Assembly (NCBI GenBank): GCA_003971905.1
Contig: RSEE01000074.1
Span: 310,001-355,896, forward strand
Direction of reading: 5' to 3'
DNA from: Moniliella sp. 'wahieum'
Taxonomy: Eukaryota
DNA: 45,896 bases
The position numbers and the translations under genes are program-made. The notes under the pieces are model-generated. The model did no database searches and was not told the DNA's origin. It was given only the letters and a program-made list of their open reading frames with translations. This document shows positions 11,117-21,800 of the stretch, piece after piece (the first letter of the stretch is position 1; each line of letters opens with the position of its first letter).

Positions 11117-12499
11117 GCATAAGGCTTAGAGCGCTTAGACCGGACCACCACCACCGCGATTGCATTGCTCTACATTTCCAGAGGTTCATCGCCCAACCCC
11201 TTGGGTTCCTCCGGTCTTACATTCTCCAAGCCATCGCCCAAACCGTAAAACAAAGTCTTCGCGTACTCTAACAATTAAGATATGGATGTGATCCCATTGA
11301 AGAGTGGCATCACATGTCACAGGTGACGTGCTTCATATGTACGGGTAGTAATATCCGGGCGCAACCTGGCACCACGCGTCGCGCGCCACGCGCGTCACAT
11401 GAGCTCTCCCCGCATACCGCCTGTGCACAATTGAATTGAGTACTGGTACTGAGTACTGAGTTTTTCACTGAGTACTCAGTACCGACGAGTACTCAGAGTA
11501 TGAGTACTGGTACTGAACGTACTGAACACTGGGAAACAAACAGCATGATGCATGATGCATGACTTATATGCCATGAAATCTGTGACAGCGCGGGTGCAGA
11601 TCAATACTGCCATCGTACTAGGTCCTCAAGACTGAAGTACGTGCGTACACTCTCTCAAGGGCCGCGGTGACCGGTGACGGTGATCTGGTGGCCGGCCACG
11701 ATCATCGATGATCGATGATCATTCGTTCGCGCGCGTAACGGTGTAACATTTTTGCTACACAATAGCGCAAAGTACCCACAACAACAACCCCAGCAGTCAG
11801 GCCCTGGGGGTTCAGGCCGGCGTGAGGCCAAGGTTTGAGCCTCAGGCTCCCAGGAATCCATGCCCAGACCTCAGCGCTGAGGCGCTGAACTCAGAGCCTC
11901 GTCAGAGCCTCATCGAAACCAGGAACTGGCATATACTTTCGCGCGTGAACATGATGTGCTTGAACGAGCATGGCCGTGACAGGCTTGGCCTGATATATAC
12001 AAACCCGAAGATGCCAAAGGAAATGACAATAAAGAGAGCAAAAAGGGCAGGTGTCCGATGGTCGTGTCACGAGGCTAGCTGGCAATGCTGTGGCACAACA
12101 GGCAATGGAGATGGGGGTATTTCAGACCTATAAAAAGAAGACCGAGGAGCCACGTGCCGAGTCCGGAGCCGAAAGCCAGTGGAATGCCATGGAAGGTCAA
12201 CAGGGATGCATTTCGTGTGTCGAGCCATGAGTCACTGAAAGCTATTAACTGAACGGCCGATGGATTCGAGACCACTGTGGTGGTCAACAGATCGTCGCCG
12301 GTCACCGACCATCCGACCAGTCACCCCGCTGAGCCTCACTCTGAACGAAAGTAGAGTGTAGCGGAGAAGAGGTGGGAGGAAGGGAGAAGAGTAGGAGGGC
12401 TCAGACAATGCGGGGCAGCGGCCGGGCCTGCGCCTAGGCGGAACCTGGCGGCACCAAGGATGCTAGGCGGCGGATGAATGGAAGCGGCTGAGAGAAGCA

Positions 12500-13110
12500 T
12501 TAACCAGTGGTCTGGCTATTAGCCTCTTGGCATAACGAGACACTGGTGTGTACTATAACAGAAGAGCTCAAGTATAGTAGCGATGATTCATCCCTGACTG
12601 ATGTTGTGTCATCCGGCCCAGGCGCCCCAAAGCAGCATTCTTCTGTGTCTTCATGCGCTGATGAGACCTGTGGCCCAAATGACGGAGGCCGTGATTCCTT
12701 CTCTCACACACGGCTCAGCATCGACTCCATTATAGTCTCTATGAGTAAGGTGTGGATTTGGTGAGTTTTGAGAGAACAGCCATTATAGCATTTCACCACC
12801 AGGCCCCACCATTCGTCATATGCAAAAAGGTGCATGTAACATGCAATGCGCGGCAGTTAGCATAATGTGAACACTCCGCCCAACACCAACAGCATTTGGC
12901 GTTTGCTGGCAGATCGTACGAATCCAGTTGGGAAAAGCCAATGGTTAAGACAATGATTAATGATGTTACCACACAGTGGTTCACACCGGACACTTTGTCT
13001 CCCGCCATTCGTTTCCAAACCGGACGTAGTTTTAGCGCGAATGGATGCGAAGAATAAGCGTGATGAAAACTTATGAGCGATTTTTGGCGCGCGTTATTCT
13101 CAAAACTCAT
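12500..13110 (-). mobile_element. Degenerate hAT-like transposase relic (catalytic core)
   Basis: Minus-strand translation gives SGVN...IINHCLNHW (cf. HSGENLA...L..W), a D-SAS-like segment (cf. TDNASN), RIACYMHLFA...LVVK (CxxH motif, ~12791-12851) and then an acidic linker. Stops and indels throughout. Confidence 0.45.
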
Positions 13111-13555
13111 GCATCACTCTTTTAGGAAAGTATACACGTGACTACGCCTATAGTACAGGCCTGATGCACACATGAGGCTTTAACCGATATATGATGGGGT
13201 TTCTGGGAGTCACACTCAGGGGTATATATGCGCATGCTCACGCGCTCACACTACCCTCATACCCTCACATCCTCACACGTTCACACACAAGCCTACGATG
13301 TGCAATTCGTGGTCTCAGAGGACATATTCTCTCATTTTGACCGTCTCAGTCCGCTCACATCACAAATTTTGTAAGAAAAGCCATTTTTCCCCCCGACACA
13401 ACATGTGACAAATGCTCGTCGGCTCCAACTTCTCAGGAACTCGGGGATCCCCTCGATCACCTGAGACCGATAACTCCCTCACCCAGTCACCCCGGTCACG
13501 GAGGCAGCAATAACCGTGTCGGCCGAGCTACAAGCTCTGCTTTTCTCTCAGGCAC

Positions 13556-13730
13556 TGTCACAGGTGGCGGCTAAGGCGAGGGAAGCCGGTGTCGGGTTTA
13601 AGCCAAGGAATGTAGCAATCGTTCGTGCGAAAGAAACATGACCAAAGGTGGTGGGAAGGACAGGGAAGGAGCGAGACGCTGGGACGAGAAGAAATTGGAA
13701 AAGGGAGCGAGATCAGCCAACTCTTATGAC
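13556..13730. mobile_element. Possible solo LTR relic
   Basis: Termini TGTCACA...TATGACA (6/7 inverted match); flanks GGCAC/GTTAC match only partly as a TSD; purine-skewed interior within the TE-rich stretch. Confidence 0.3.
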
Positions 13731-16107
13731 AGTTACCTCGGATGTTTCTATACCCCAAGTGCCACCGGCGGTCCCCTTTCTTATAATATAGAGGCGAGCC
13801 AGGGGGGTTAGATACACAATCCCATGAGGCTGGAAGGGTTTCCTTGGCGTCCGGTATGTTTTCTGCTTGGGGTGGTTGGTCTCGAGCGGGGCTATGTGTA
13901 CAGGAAGGGGCCTGTCGGTGTATATCAGAGGCGGCTGTTTGTGTGGCAAGGCTACGTGGGCAATGACCTGAGCAGTAGTAACGTGTGTCTGAAGCCGTTT
14001 GTACCAACTAGTGGGGGGCACTAAACGCTGTGCCTTGACTGGGTTGGGGGCCGAAACCTTACGACTGAAGCTGCTTGAGACCGAAGCTGAGACTGAAAGC
14101 TCAAAAAGGACTGACTGGGTGCTGAAAATCCTAAAGCTCAGCCTGTGGTTGATGCAAGTAAGATGTGAGACCTTGATCGATGTTATGGGTATATAGATGT
14201 GGGAAGCGAAAAAGGCGGGGAGCAGAGGGACAACTCAAAAATTGAGGTGGTTTTTGTGTCAAAACTGTGCTATCCGTTGTCAAAGAAGTTGGAGAAGATA
14301 TCAAAGGATGGTGGGGGAAACCCGCGATCCATACTGCAGCTCAGTCACAAGCAGGAGCCAACGGGGAAACTACGCAATAGAAGGAGATCAAGGGAAGAAG
14401 ACTTGATGTGGGTCAATGGAGCAAGAGCCGACGAAGGCACTAAGGAGAGAGGAAAGGATCGCCCTGTGGACAGGAGACAGAACCAGAGCCGTCAGAATGC
14501 AAATGGGGGGACAAGGGAGCACTGAAGGGTAGCAATGAGCTAAAGGTGATCACTGCGATTCGTCCTCTTTCCAAAAGGCACCTTTACAACATCAGTCTTC
14601 TCCCGTCTGGTTTTCAATAACCCAAGTAAAAACCCACATGCTGAAAGATACCCACACAGGCTCGTCTACAGGGCGCAAATGCCAAAAATGCACACACTAT
14701 TTCCCCTGTGCATCAAATCCCACCGCCAGCAAACGATGAAGAAAAAAGGGAGCGAGAAGGGAAAAAAGAGAGACCACGAGAAAAGGAACATAATTGGGGG
14801 GCTACACTACACGGCGGGAACTAAAGCAGGCCAGCCGCAACAGGAGAAAAGGGACGTGTCGGACTCACACCGTGCTAGGGAGCCCTTAGCCCGTTAGGCC
14901 CCTATGGGAACTATTATATGGCGTGATTCTTATCAGTTGGGCGATGCTGTGCCCACCTCTCGACTGTGCCCTCTTCCTTGGCAAGAGGTACATATATACC
15001 TCCAGTCCGTCCAAGATGTATCCAATCCATCTTCTCCTCCTGTCAGGACGAAGTCAATTTTGGATCGCAGCGCGAACAGTATGCGGCAGGAAATGTATGC
15101 AGCGATAAAGTGGCAGTACATGACCCCACAGCCCAGACAATCCAGTGTGGAGCATCTCCACAACCCGTAGGGGCGCGTCAGAGCCAGACTAGCAAGCCAT
15201 ATGTGGCATGCAATGGTTCCTTGACCTCCATGTGGAAACGTGAAGACCAGGATGTTATCGAGACCATCTCCTCCCTCCATGACGCAAGGGAGAAACGGCT
15301 GTTATTTGGGGAAGAGGAGGAAACTGCCGGGCGTATACCTGCTCGCATTTTTCAATCCTTGGATCCGTATACTCATGGGGCCTTCGTGACGAGGGAGACC
15401 GTCACCTCCAGTCCAAATCCACCCCTCAGCGCCCTGGGAGCGTCGATGGAGGACGGGTGTGGTACTCATGCAAAGCGACGGCCCATGACTACAATCTGAG
15501 CTAGGTGCCCGGGCAGCAGCCGCTCAAAAATATTTCGACCACAAGTTGGGCCGAGAGGGTAGCGACCATCGCAGCGCCGGCCCTCCCCTCAATCCAACTA
15601 ATAAAAAACAAGGGAGACCAGGTCTGCTACAGTGATCAGCAAAAAAAAGAAGACGCAGTACCTTGAGTGTCGCCGAGACGTCCTCGGAGTACGGGCATAG
15701 GAGTTGGTAGCCTATTCACCCTTTACATTGAACACCAGTTTATCAGTGAGCAAATGAATAACCATCATTATATCATTTTCCTTCAGATGTGGGGAGAGAG
15801 GGACTATAAGGGGCAAAGTTTCGGCTCTACCACCCCACAGAGTGCAGCTTGGTCGATACTTCCACAAAACCCTAATCTGCACCTACTCTTCCAAACCTTT
15901 TGGGTGAAGCCTATTTATACGTCGCGTCATCGAAACAAATAACTCCACCTCAGATCCCCCCCGTCTACAGTAGTAGCACCGTGCCGAGCTTACGTCCCGT
16001 GAGAGATATCTCCGTGAACATTCGCCATGATGATATATAGCAAGGCGGTTCCTGGGCGGGGAACAAGGAAATATACGGTGCGCTTCGTCCCCAACGTAGA
16101 CAAAACG

Positions 16108-16689
16108 TGTTACTGCGGTATTTCGCACTTATAGATACTGTCTATATATAGTATGTTCGAGACCATTGGTTTCCCCCCACGGTTCTTGTTCGTCATTCCA
16201 TCCCACTTGAGGCCAATTGTTCCCTCTCCAGCTGCATCCTTCCCGCTTTCGAGCCTCTCCCGCTTGACTCCTTGGTTCCTCCTGGTACCTCCAAGAACCG
16301 AGTCCCACATCCTCTCCCCTGTGCCTGCTCCCCGATCACGCGAGAACCCAGTCCCAACACAGTCACAGTTCCGGACGGTCTCTCCTCCCCTTCTGTCTAT
16401 ATTTCCCCTGTCCATGTCTCCTATATCTCTCTCTGAATATGAATGTACGCAGACACGATACTTCTGCCCACAAACCAGTGCCTATACCACATTCTTCCCA
16501 CACAAAAGCCGATGCCTCTTCCACCGTGGAGAGGGTTTACCTCCGCCTTGTACAACCCAGCTCAGAACCACTGCTCCTACTAGGTTCAAGTACGAACTGG
16601 TGTGACTTGCCGTTTATAGCCCAAGCATTGATACCCTATAAGCAATTAACAGGGGGGGCGTCCGGCCGGGAAGGGGGTCACCTGTGACA
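16108..16689. mobile_element. Possible LTR relic
   Basis: TGTTACTG...CTGTGACA imperfect inverted termini, TATATATA near the start, pyrimidine-skewed interior; no clear TSD. Confidence 0.3.
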
Positions 16690-16739
16690 CAAGATGCAAT
16701 ACTTGAAGTCAAAAGTCCTGCATATGTCCGGGAACAGGG

Positions 16740-17130
16740 ATGAAGGCTGAGTGTACTGCGGAAGCTAATCTAGTATCCCCCGCTCGTTAGTCGCTTTGGT
16801 TATGGATTTGTCAGGGGGGAAGTTTGACCACGCGAGGATACTACGGCACCAAAAGACATCAGGCAAGATGTATGCGCCTGGAACGATTTGACTACCGACT
16901 CTCAATGGAAATGGTTCCTCTCTCGGATGTCTACCACGTTCATCCGTGTCCACAAGCGCCACCTCGGGTATGGGAACGCGTGACGGGCACCAGAGGTCCT
17001 GATATCCTGGCGATTTCCCTGATTCCAACAGGGGTGGCGCTACCAAGCAACACAAGCAAGATGAACGGGTCGGTTTAGGCGTAGCGTTTCCCAATCCCAG
17101 CCATAAGCTTTGTCAATGTTATGGATGCAG
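16740..17130 (+). pseudogene. Decayed paralog of the C-terminal part of the hypothetical ORF at 22670-23700
   Basis: TRGYYGT..LERFDYRLSMEM..PRVWERVTGTRGPDILAISL..VGLGVAF aligns with TRGYNVT..LEGINYLVAMEM..PRAWKRMEGAREGPALLAVPL..VGLGVAF. An identical 23-mer, GGTCGGTTTAGGCGTAGCGTTTC, is at 17068-17090 (+) and 22726-22748 (-). Confidence 0.8.
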
Positions 17131-17329
17131 AGTAGGAATACGGAAGAGTGGGGGGGTTGATGATTCTACCCCCCAGTGGCTCTTCTATTAATAACAGATC
17201 CGGAAGAACGAGGAACAAGTGCCTTATTAGCCACAGCAAAATGACGAAACATTTCTGCTTTTAGTATCATTTCCTCTGCCCTCAGAAGTCAGCGACCTAA
17301 AAACTGTGAAACCGGTGGTATCGAAGCAC

Positions 17330-17898
17330 AAATGAATGGGGCATATCGACATGAAGGTACACACGGATGAGTTCTCGACGGCCATGAAGGATCAGTGTGG
17401 GTGAAGATGGGCGTTCAGGCGGAGATTCAATACTGGCTCAGAATGCCTGTGGGGGGGGGGGGGGGGGCATCGTTGATAGGCGACTCTGGAGACTATATAA
17501 GGCTGGAGAGCCCGACAAGGGAGAGAAAAGTATATAGACGAGGTCTGAGACATGACAGAGTGCCTATATCATCAAGCACAAGTCAATGTGCTTATAGAAG
17601 ATATATAGTTCGTCCATCTAGGCATCCGTGACTTATTCTCTTTCTTCAGTTCCCTTTCATAACCTGTCAAAGGTTGAGTCATAATTAGAGTCAGAGGGGA
17701 GAAGAGCTATTAATTCCAAGAAACATCCCCAGAAACTGATCAGACAACTCTCAGTGTAATGAAGATTCTACTACGCCTTGTGAGTTGGCTGACACTGGGG
17801 TGGGGTCTGTGTCTTCGTAAAGCCAGTTCAGAGGTAGAGTCGAGCCTGATTGAGTTCGAATCCGGCGGAAGTGCAAGCAAGTGAACTCATTCTCAACA
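17330..17898 (+). mobile_element. 3' end relic of a Ty1/copia retrotransposon (RNase H remnant, PPT, 3' LTR)
   Basis: HIDMKVH at 17342 (cf. copia RNase H KHIDIxYH); G-run PPT at ~17452-17467; LTR-like (C)GTTGA at 17471 to TCAACA at 17898, with TATATAA at ~17494. Confidence 0.5.
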
Positions 17899-18081
17899 AA
17901 TGTGCCACGCATGATGTCCCGGGCAGCGATCCTGAGCCTGCCAAACCCAACGCAAGCGTACTGTCACGCACTTGATATACTGGCGATAGAACCCCGGCTG
18001 TTATTCATCACTGCACACTATAAACACAGGAAGAACTATGACAAACGATGTGTATATAAAGAGGCAGGATAAGACATGAAA

Positions 18082-18996
18082 TCAGGACAGGTCAGGCTCC
18101 TGCTGCAGACCCTTGCGGATCTCAATCAGTAGGTTGGTCTGCCACCCAGCAAACCGCTTAGTCCGATCAAAGTCCTGGACGATGGCGTCAAAGTTTCCAG
18201 GTCGCCAGCCTCGGCAGCCTCCAGGACCGAGTTGAGGAACCTTCCTTCCATAGTCGGGGGAAATGCTGGGTCTTGTTGCGCATAAAACTCCATCGCCCGC
18301 CCACAGGCAACAAAGTCTGGGACAGCAAGGTAGCACAAGCCAGCGTTCAGGTAATAATCCTTCACACTGTAGCGCGTTAGGTTGGACTCGAGACTCATGC
18401 TCGCCACTTTTTCCCATTGCTCGACGGCTTGGGGATACTGCCCCGTTTCTGCAGCCAGTTGCCCCGCTTCCCTCAGACACCCCGAAGCCGTACTGCCGCA
18501 TGTTGTCAGCACATCTCACATTGACAGGGTTAGTTGAGGGAGGACATACGCCTTTGCGCCTTCTTGGAGGTACCAATCCGCAGCTTGGAGGTAAGCCGCG
18601 AGCGCCCTCTCTGGATCCTGCGCTTCGTTCTTGAGTAACTCGGCGATTGCTTTTTGGCGATCGGCTGCCTGGCGGAACTTGCCCTTGGCAAGCAACAGTG
18701 CCACCGTCTTGTCCAGCGCCGCCACAGCAAGTTCCGGACGAACCAGCTTGAACACCTTGCTAGCTTCCCAATAGGTGGTACTGGCGAACTCAGGCTGGCC
18801 ACTCGACTCCTCCGTCTCGGCAGCCTTCATGAACGCATGCCCGCTCTCCTCGTACCGCTTCTCGAGGCGGAACTTGTTCCCGGCGGCCTTGTACAGCTCG
18901 GCCGCATCCTCAAGGTTGGACTGCTTATTGCTGAACACCCGTGGATGACTTGACCTTCTTGTCACCCAGGCGCAGCATCTCTTCGGCACTGGACAT
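18082..18996 (-). CDS. SEC17: Alpha-SNAP vesicle fusion protein (intron 18493-18549; frameshifts)
   Basis: EDAAELYKAAGNKFRL, GKFRQAADRQKAIAE, YLQAADWY, LTRYSVKDYYLNAGLCYLA, QDPAF; GTATGT...GCTGAC...CAG intron; C-terminus EPDLS. Confidence 0.95.
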
Positions 18997-19139
18997 GATG
19001 ATGGGCGGGGTGGAGGAGGAGGTTGCGGTAGTATTAGTGATGGCGATGGGGGTGGCTTGGGTAGAGGGTAGGGCTTGATAGGGCCTGATTAATGATGGTG
19101 CGTGGGGCGCCTAGCAGCCCCTAGCGCGCTCGCAGGCCG

Positions 19140-19195
19140 CAACTACGTAACGCGCCGTGACGTAATGCGCGAAAAGCACACCCGGACGTCATTTC
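19140..19195. promoter_or_regulatory. Putative SEC17 upstream motif cluster
   Basis: ACGCG, TGACGTAA (CRE-like) and CGCGAAAA (SCB-like) about 150-180 bp upstream of the ATG; motif match only. Confidence 0.25.
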
Positions 19196-19582
19196 GTTGT
19201 TTCAATCTGATCGAGGGCAGTAGCAATCTATCTTCGATGCTCTCACCGTACCTGAGTGCAATCTATAGGGCGGATATAAGCACTACAAGCCCGGGTAGGT
19301 TTAGTCGTTAACGTTTAACTACCTCCGTTTGTTGAGGCTGAGGATGTTGAAAAAGTGGGGATGATGGAATCAGAAACAGAGGCACGAAATTGTAATACGA
19401 AAGAGAGGGAGTCTTGGATTCCAAACCCGAAGATTGTTCGCTGATGGAAGCTTGAAAGGTGGGGGGTATGCATATACATGTGTGGAATAACGCCACATGA
19501 GAACGAAACGATCGAAGCAGAAATACAGGAGTCGGCGTATAGAGGGCTGGTAGAGAGTGGGCTGGCGAGGCACTCGCGCATG

Positions 19583-20813
19583 TCATGACAACACAGGTTC
19601 GGTCCGTGCGAGGCGTTTGAAGGCAAGAAGGCGTGAAAATCGAGAAAAGTAAAAGCGGCATAAACGATACTTGTGAGGTGGGGAGGTAGGCGCACACCCA
19701 TTGTTGCAGGGGGTCGGCGCAAGCACCAAAGAAATAGTCACGGGGACGTAAGGTTGGGGAACATGTCCAAGATAAGTTCGAGGTGCCTGCTGGAGACGCT
19801 CGCGCTTGACGTGCCGCGAGAGGCAGTGCCGCTGGGCATCATGCCGCCGAGCAAACGCGTGCATGCACCACGGAATGGGGCACTGCCATGGCCGTTCCCG
19901 CTCCGGGTTGTGGATCTGCATGTGCTGGTGTAGGTTAGACACACGTACAAATCCCCGGTTGCAGTCCGAGCAACGATGGGGCCGGGCGACGGTGTCGTAA
20001 GGCGCGGATTTGGTCCGTTGCACACGCCGGATACTGTCCATCTTGGCAAGTGCACCCTGCTGACGCGAGGGCCTGCGCATCACGGGCGAGGACGGACGGA
20101 GTGGAAATGGCAGAGAGGGCCGCATCGGACGCATCGGGTGCAACTGCGATAACAGACGCGCCAAACGCGGCAAGATTCGGAGTCGAAGCCCCCTCATTAA
20201 AGAGTAAGGAAGGGGGGGCGTGAGGGAAGGATGCACCTAGGGTCGAAAAGAACCATGGCCATGTTTCAAGGCAGGCATTCTCGCCCTCGGCCTCGCTAAG
20301 CTGCAGGCAAGATTCCCACACTGTTGGTTCAGTGGTCCACGACGAGAGCGGTGAAACATCCACTGCCGACATATCTTCCGACAGCGGCATTGCAGCGGTT
20401 GGGGCAGGGTAATTGTGCCCTGCTAGGGGGATTGGACAAGAGGAGGGATAGGGGGAAGAGGTCGAAGCCAATCGGATGAGGGGATTAAAGCAAGTTCCTG
20501 GGGTGGAGGGGCAAGCACCCGAAGTTGCGGCCATCTGTGGGCTGCCCTGTGTCACAGGTGTGGCCAGGCCCTCCTTGGTTCCCTTGGGCGAGAGAGTTAC
20601 TGGAGTAAGAGACGGGCTTGACACCGCCAGGGAATGTGGCAGTTGAACAGCTGGTGCAGATGTTGACACGGCGGACGACACCATAGGCCAGGCATTCTTT
20701 GGGCTGGCACTCGTACTGTCGGGGGTGGTCAGGAGGTGTGCCTCCAGTTCCCCGGCGGCCATGGTGAAGAGGGTGGACGTGAGGTGGTCTTCAAGCGAAG
20801 AGGTGTGGGACAT
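19583..20813 (-). CDS. C2H2 zinc-finger transcription factor (two fingers; frameshifted, 3' end uncertain)
   Basis: HRCSDCNRGFVRVSNLHQHMQIHNPERERPWQCPIPWCMHAFARRHDAQRHCLSRH preceded by a Ser/Pro/Thr-rich low-complexity N-terminus starting MSHTSSLED. Confidence 0.88.
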
Positions 20814-21374
20814 GTTGTGAAGCGGGGTGGGTGAGAGGGGGGGGGGGGGAATTCAGGCAAGAGGCAGTCATGATTTGCTGGATATTTAACCTGGAGAGTG
20901 CGGGTACTATTTCCGCGCAATGCGTGACTAGACTCATTCAAGCGGCAGGATGAAGCTTCATGTACATGCGTGCACTATGCGTCAGACTGGAGGTCGGAGC
21001 CTTCAACGTCAACCTTCTCAGTCTGTGACTAATTCATACTGTGTACGCGTAAGCGTCGGGCTTGAAGCTTGAGGGACCCTCTGTGCCTGACGACGCGCGA
21101 GTCCGACGACTCAAGCACAGCGCCAGTGTATGTGGAGCGCCGTGTGGTGTGGTGCCTTGTCTTATCTCAGCCCTTGGCGAAGCCGTCGCGGCAGCGAGAG
21201 CACGTAGTGCGATGCGTGGTACCCAGTACCCGGTTCGTACCCGAACTCCGAGCACGTACCCTTCTCTGCAGGTGTGGTGAGAAGAAGGCGGCGCTGAAGT
21301 CCGACAGGGTCCGAGGCAGAACTGATGTCTTGGTATCGCAGCGTACCCACCTCCTAGCCAATTATACATTGATC

Positions 21375-21800
21375 CGATAATCGATCATCGATCATCATTG
21401 ACACCATTAATCAACGTGGAATTCAACGTACCCAGTACTCAGTAACGACGAACTAGTAACTAGTTCCTACTCAATTGTGCATGATGCCTGTCGAGGATCC
21501 CGTCCGATTTTCATGGCAGCGGCGCCATAGATTGTGAACTCGCGCAGTGCTCGCACCCGTCTAGCCACTAGTCACTCGTCACCACGACTGGTGGCATGTG
21601 GCATTTGACGGCAGATGTCACGCATGTCAAGCAATGTGTCATACATCGTAGCCGATTCTTGAGCGTGTGATAATCGATCGATTGTCGAGATTATCTGTGC
21701 TGGGGGCGGGGTCTTTTGTCTGGGGGGAGGGGCGGACAAGGTCTTGGGAACGACGATTATCGATTATCGATTAAATCTCAAGTAATTGCGGTAATCGTAA
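21375..21800. repeat. Second cluster of [TNA][4-bp palindrome] microarrays
   Basis: TAA-TCGA-TCA-TCGA-TCA (21378-21394), CTAG-TAA-CTAG (~21453-21463), TTA-TCGA-TTA-TCGA-TTA (21757-21773). Confidence 0.75.

Larger units (their letters stand above)
10901..11221 (-). mobile_element. Dispersed TG...CA repeat (putative solo LTR, copy 1), interrupted by a nested insertion at 10971-11116
   Basis: The reverse complement begins TGTAAGACCGGAGGAACCCAAGGG and ends ATACATGTGGAGGCTTCGGAGGTCA. It aligns end to end with 24023-24178 once the nested insert is removed. No TSD seen. Confidence 0.75.
8863..11890. repeat. Dense cluster of 7-bp-period quasi-palindromic microarrays ([TNA][4-bp palindrome])n
   Basis: Examples: TCA-CGCG-TCA-CTAG-TCA-CTAG (8863-8883), TGCA-TGA-TGCA-TCA-TGCA-TGA-TGCA (9927-9951), TCA-GGCC-TGA-AGCT-TGA-AGCT-TGA-AGCT (10063-10090), TTA-CCGG-TTA-CCGG (10484-10497), TGA-GTAC-TCA-GTAC (11469-11482), TCA-TCGA-TGA-TCGA-TGA (11702-11718). 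Confidence 0.85.

Noticed and set aside
9660..11720. CRISPR-like array
   Set aside because: No constant 23-50-bp repeat with unique spacers, no cas genes, and the context is eukaryotic.
14904..15499. Protein-coding gene (88-177 aa ORFs)
   Set aside because: No recognisable motif, and it lies in decayed repeat DNA; could be a TE remnant but cannot be supported.
16800..17030. Ty3/gypsy integrase GPY/F tail and chromodomain (YRL..SDVYHV; EVLISW)
   Set aside because: The same DNA aligns much better with the hypothetical ORF at 22670-23010, whose conserved residues do not include these motifs.
17822..17875. tRNA/SINE head (CAGTTCAGAGGTAGAG ... GTTCGAATCC)
   Set aside because: The A- and B-box-like motifs are too close, there is no anticodon arm, and the acceptor and T stems do not pair.
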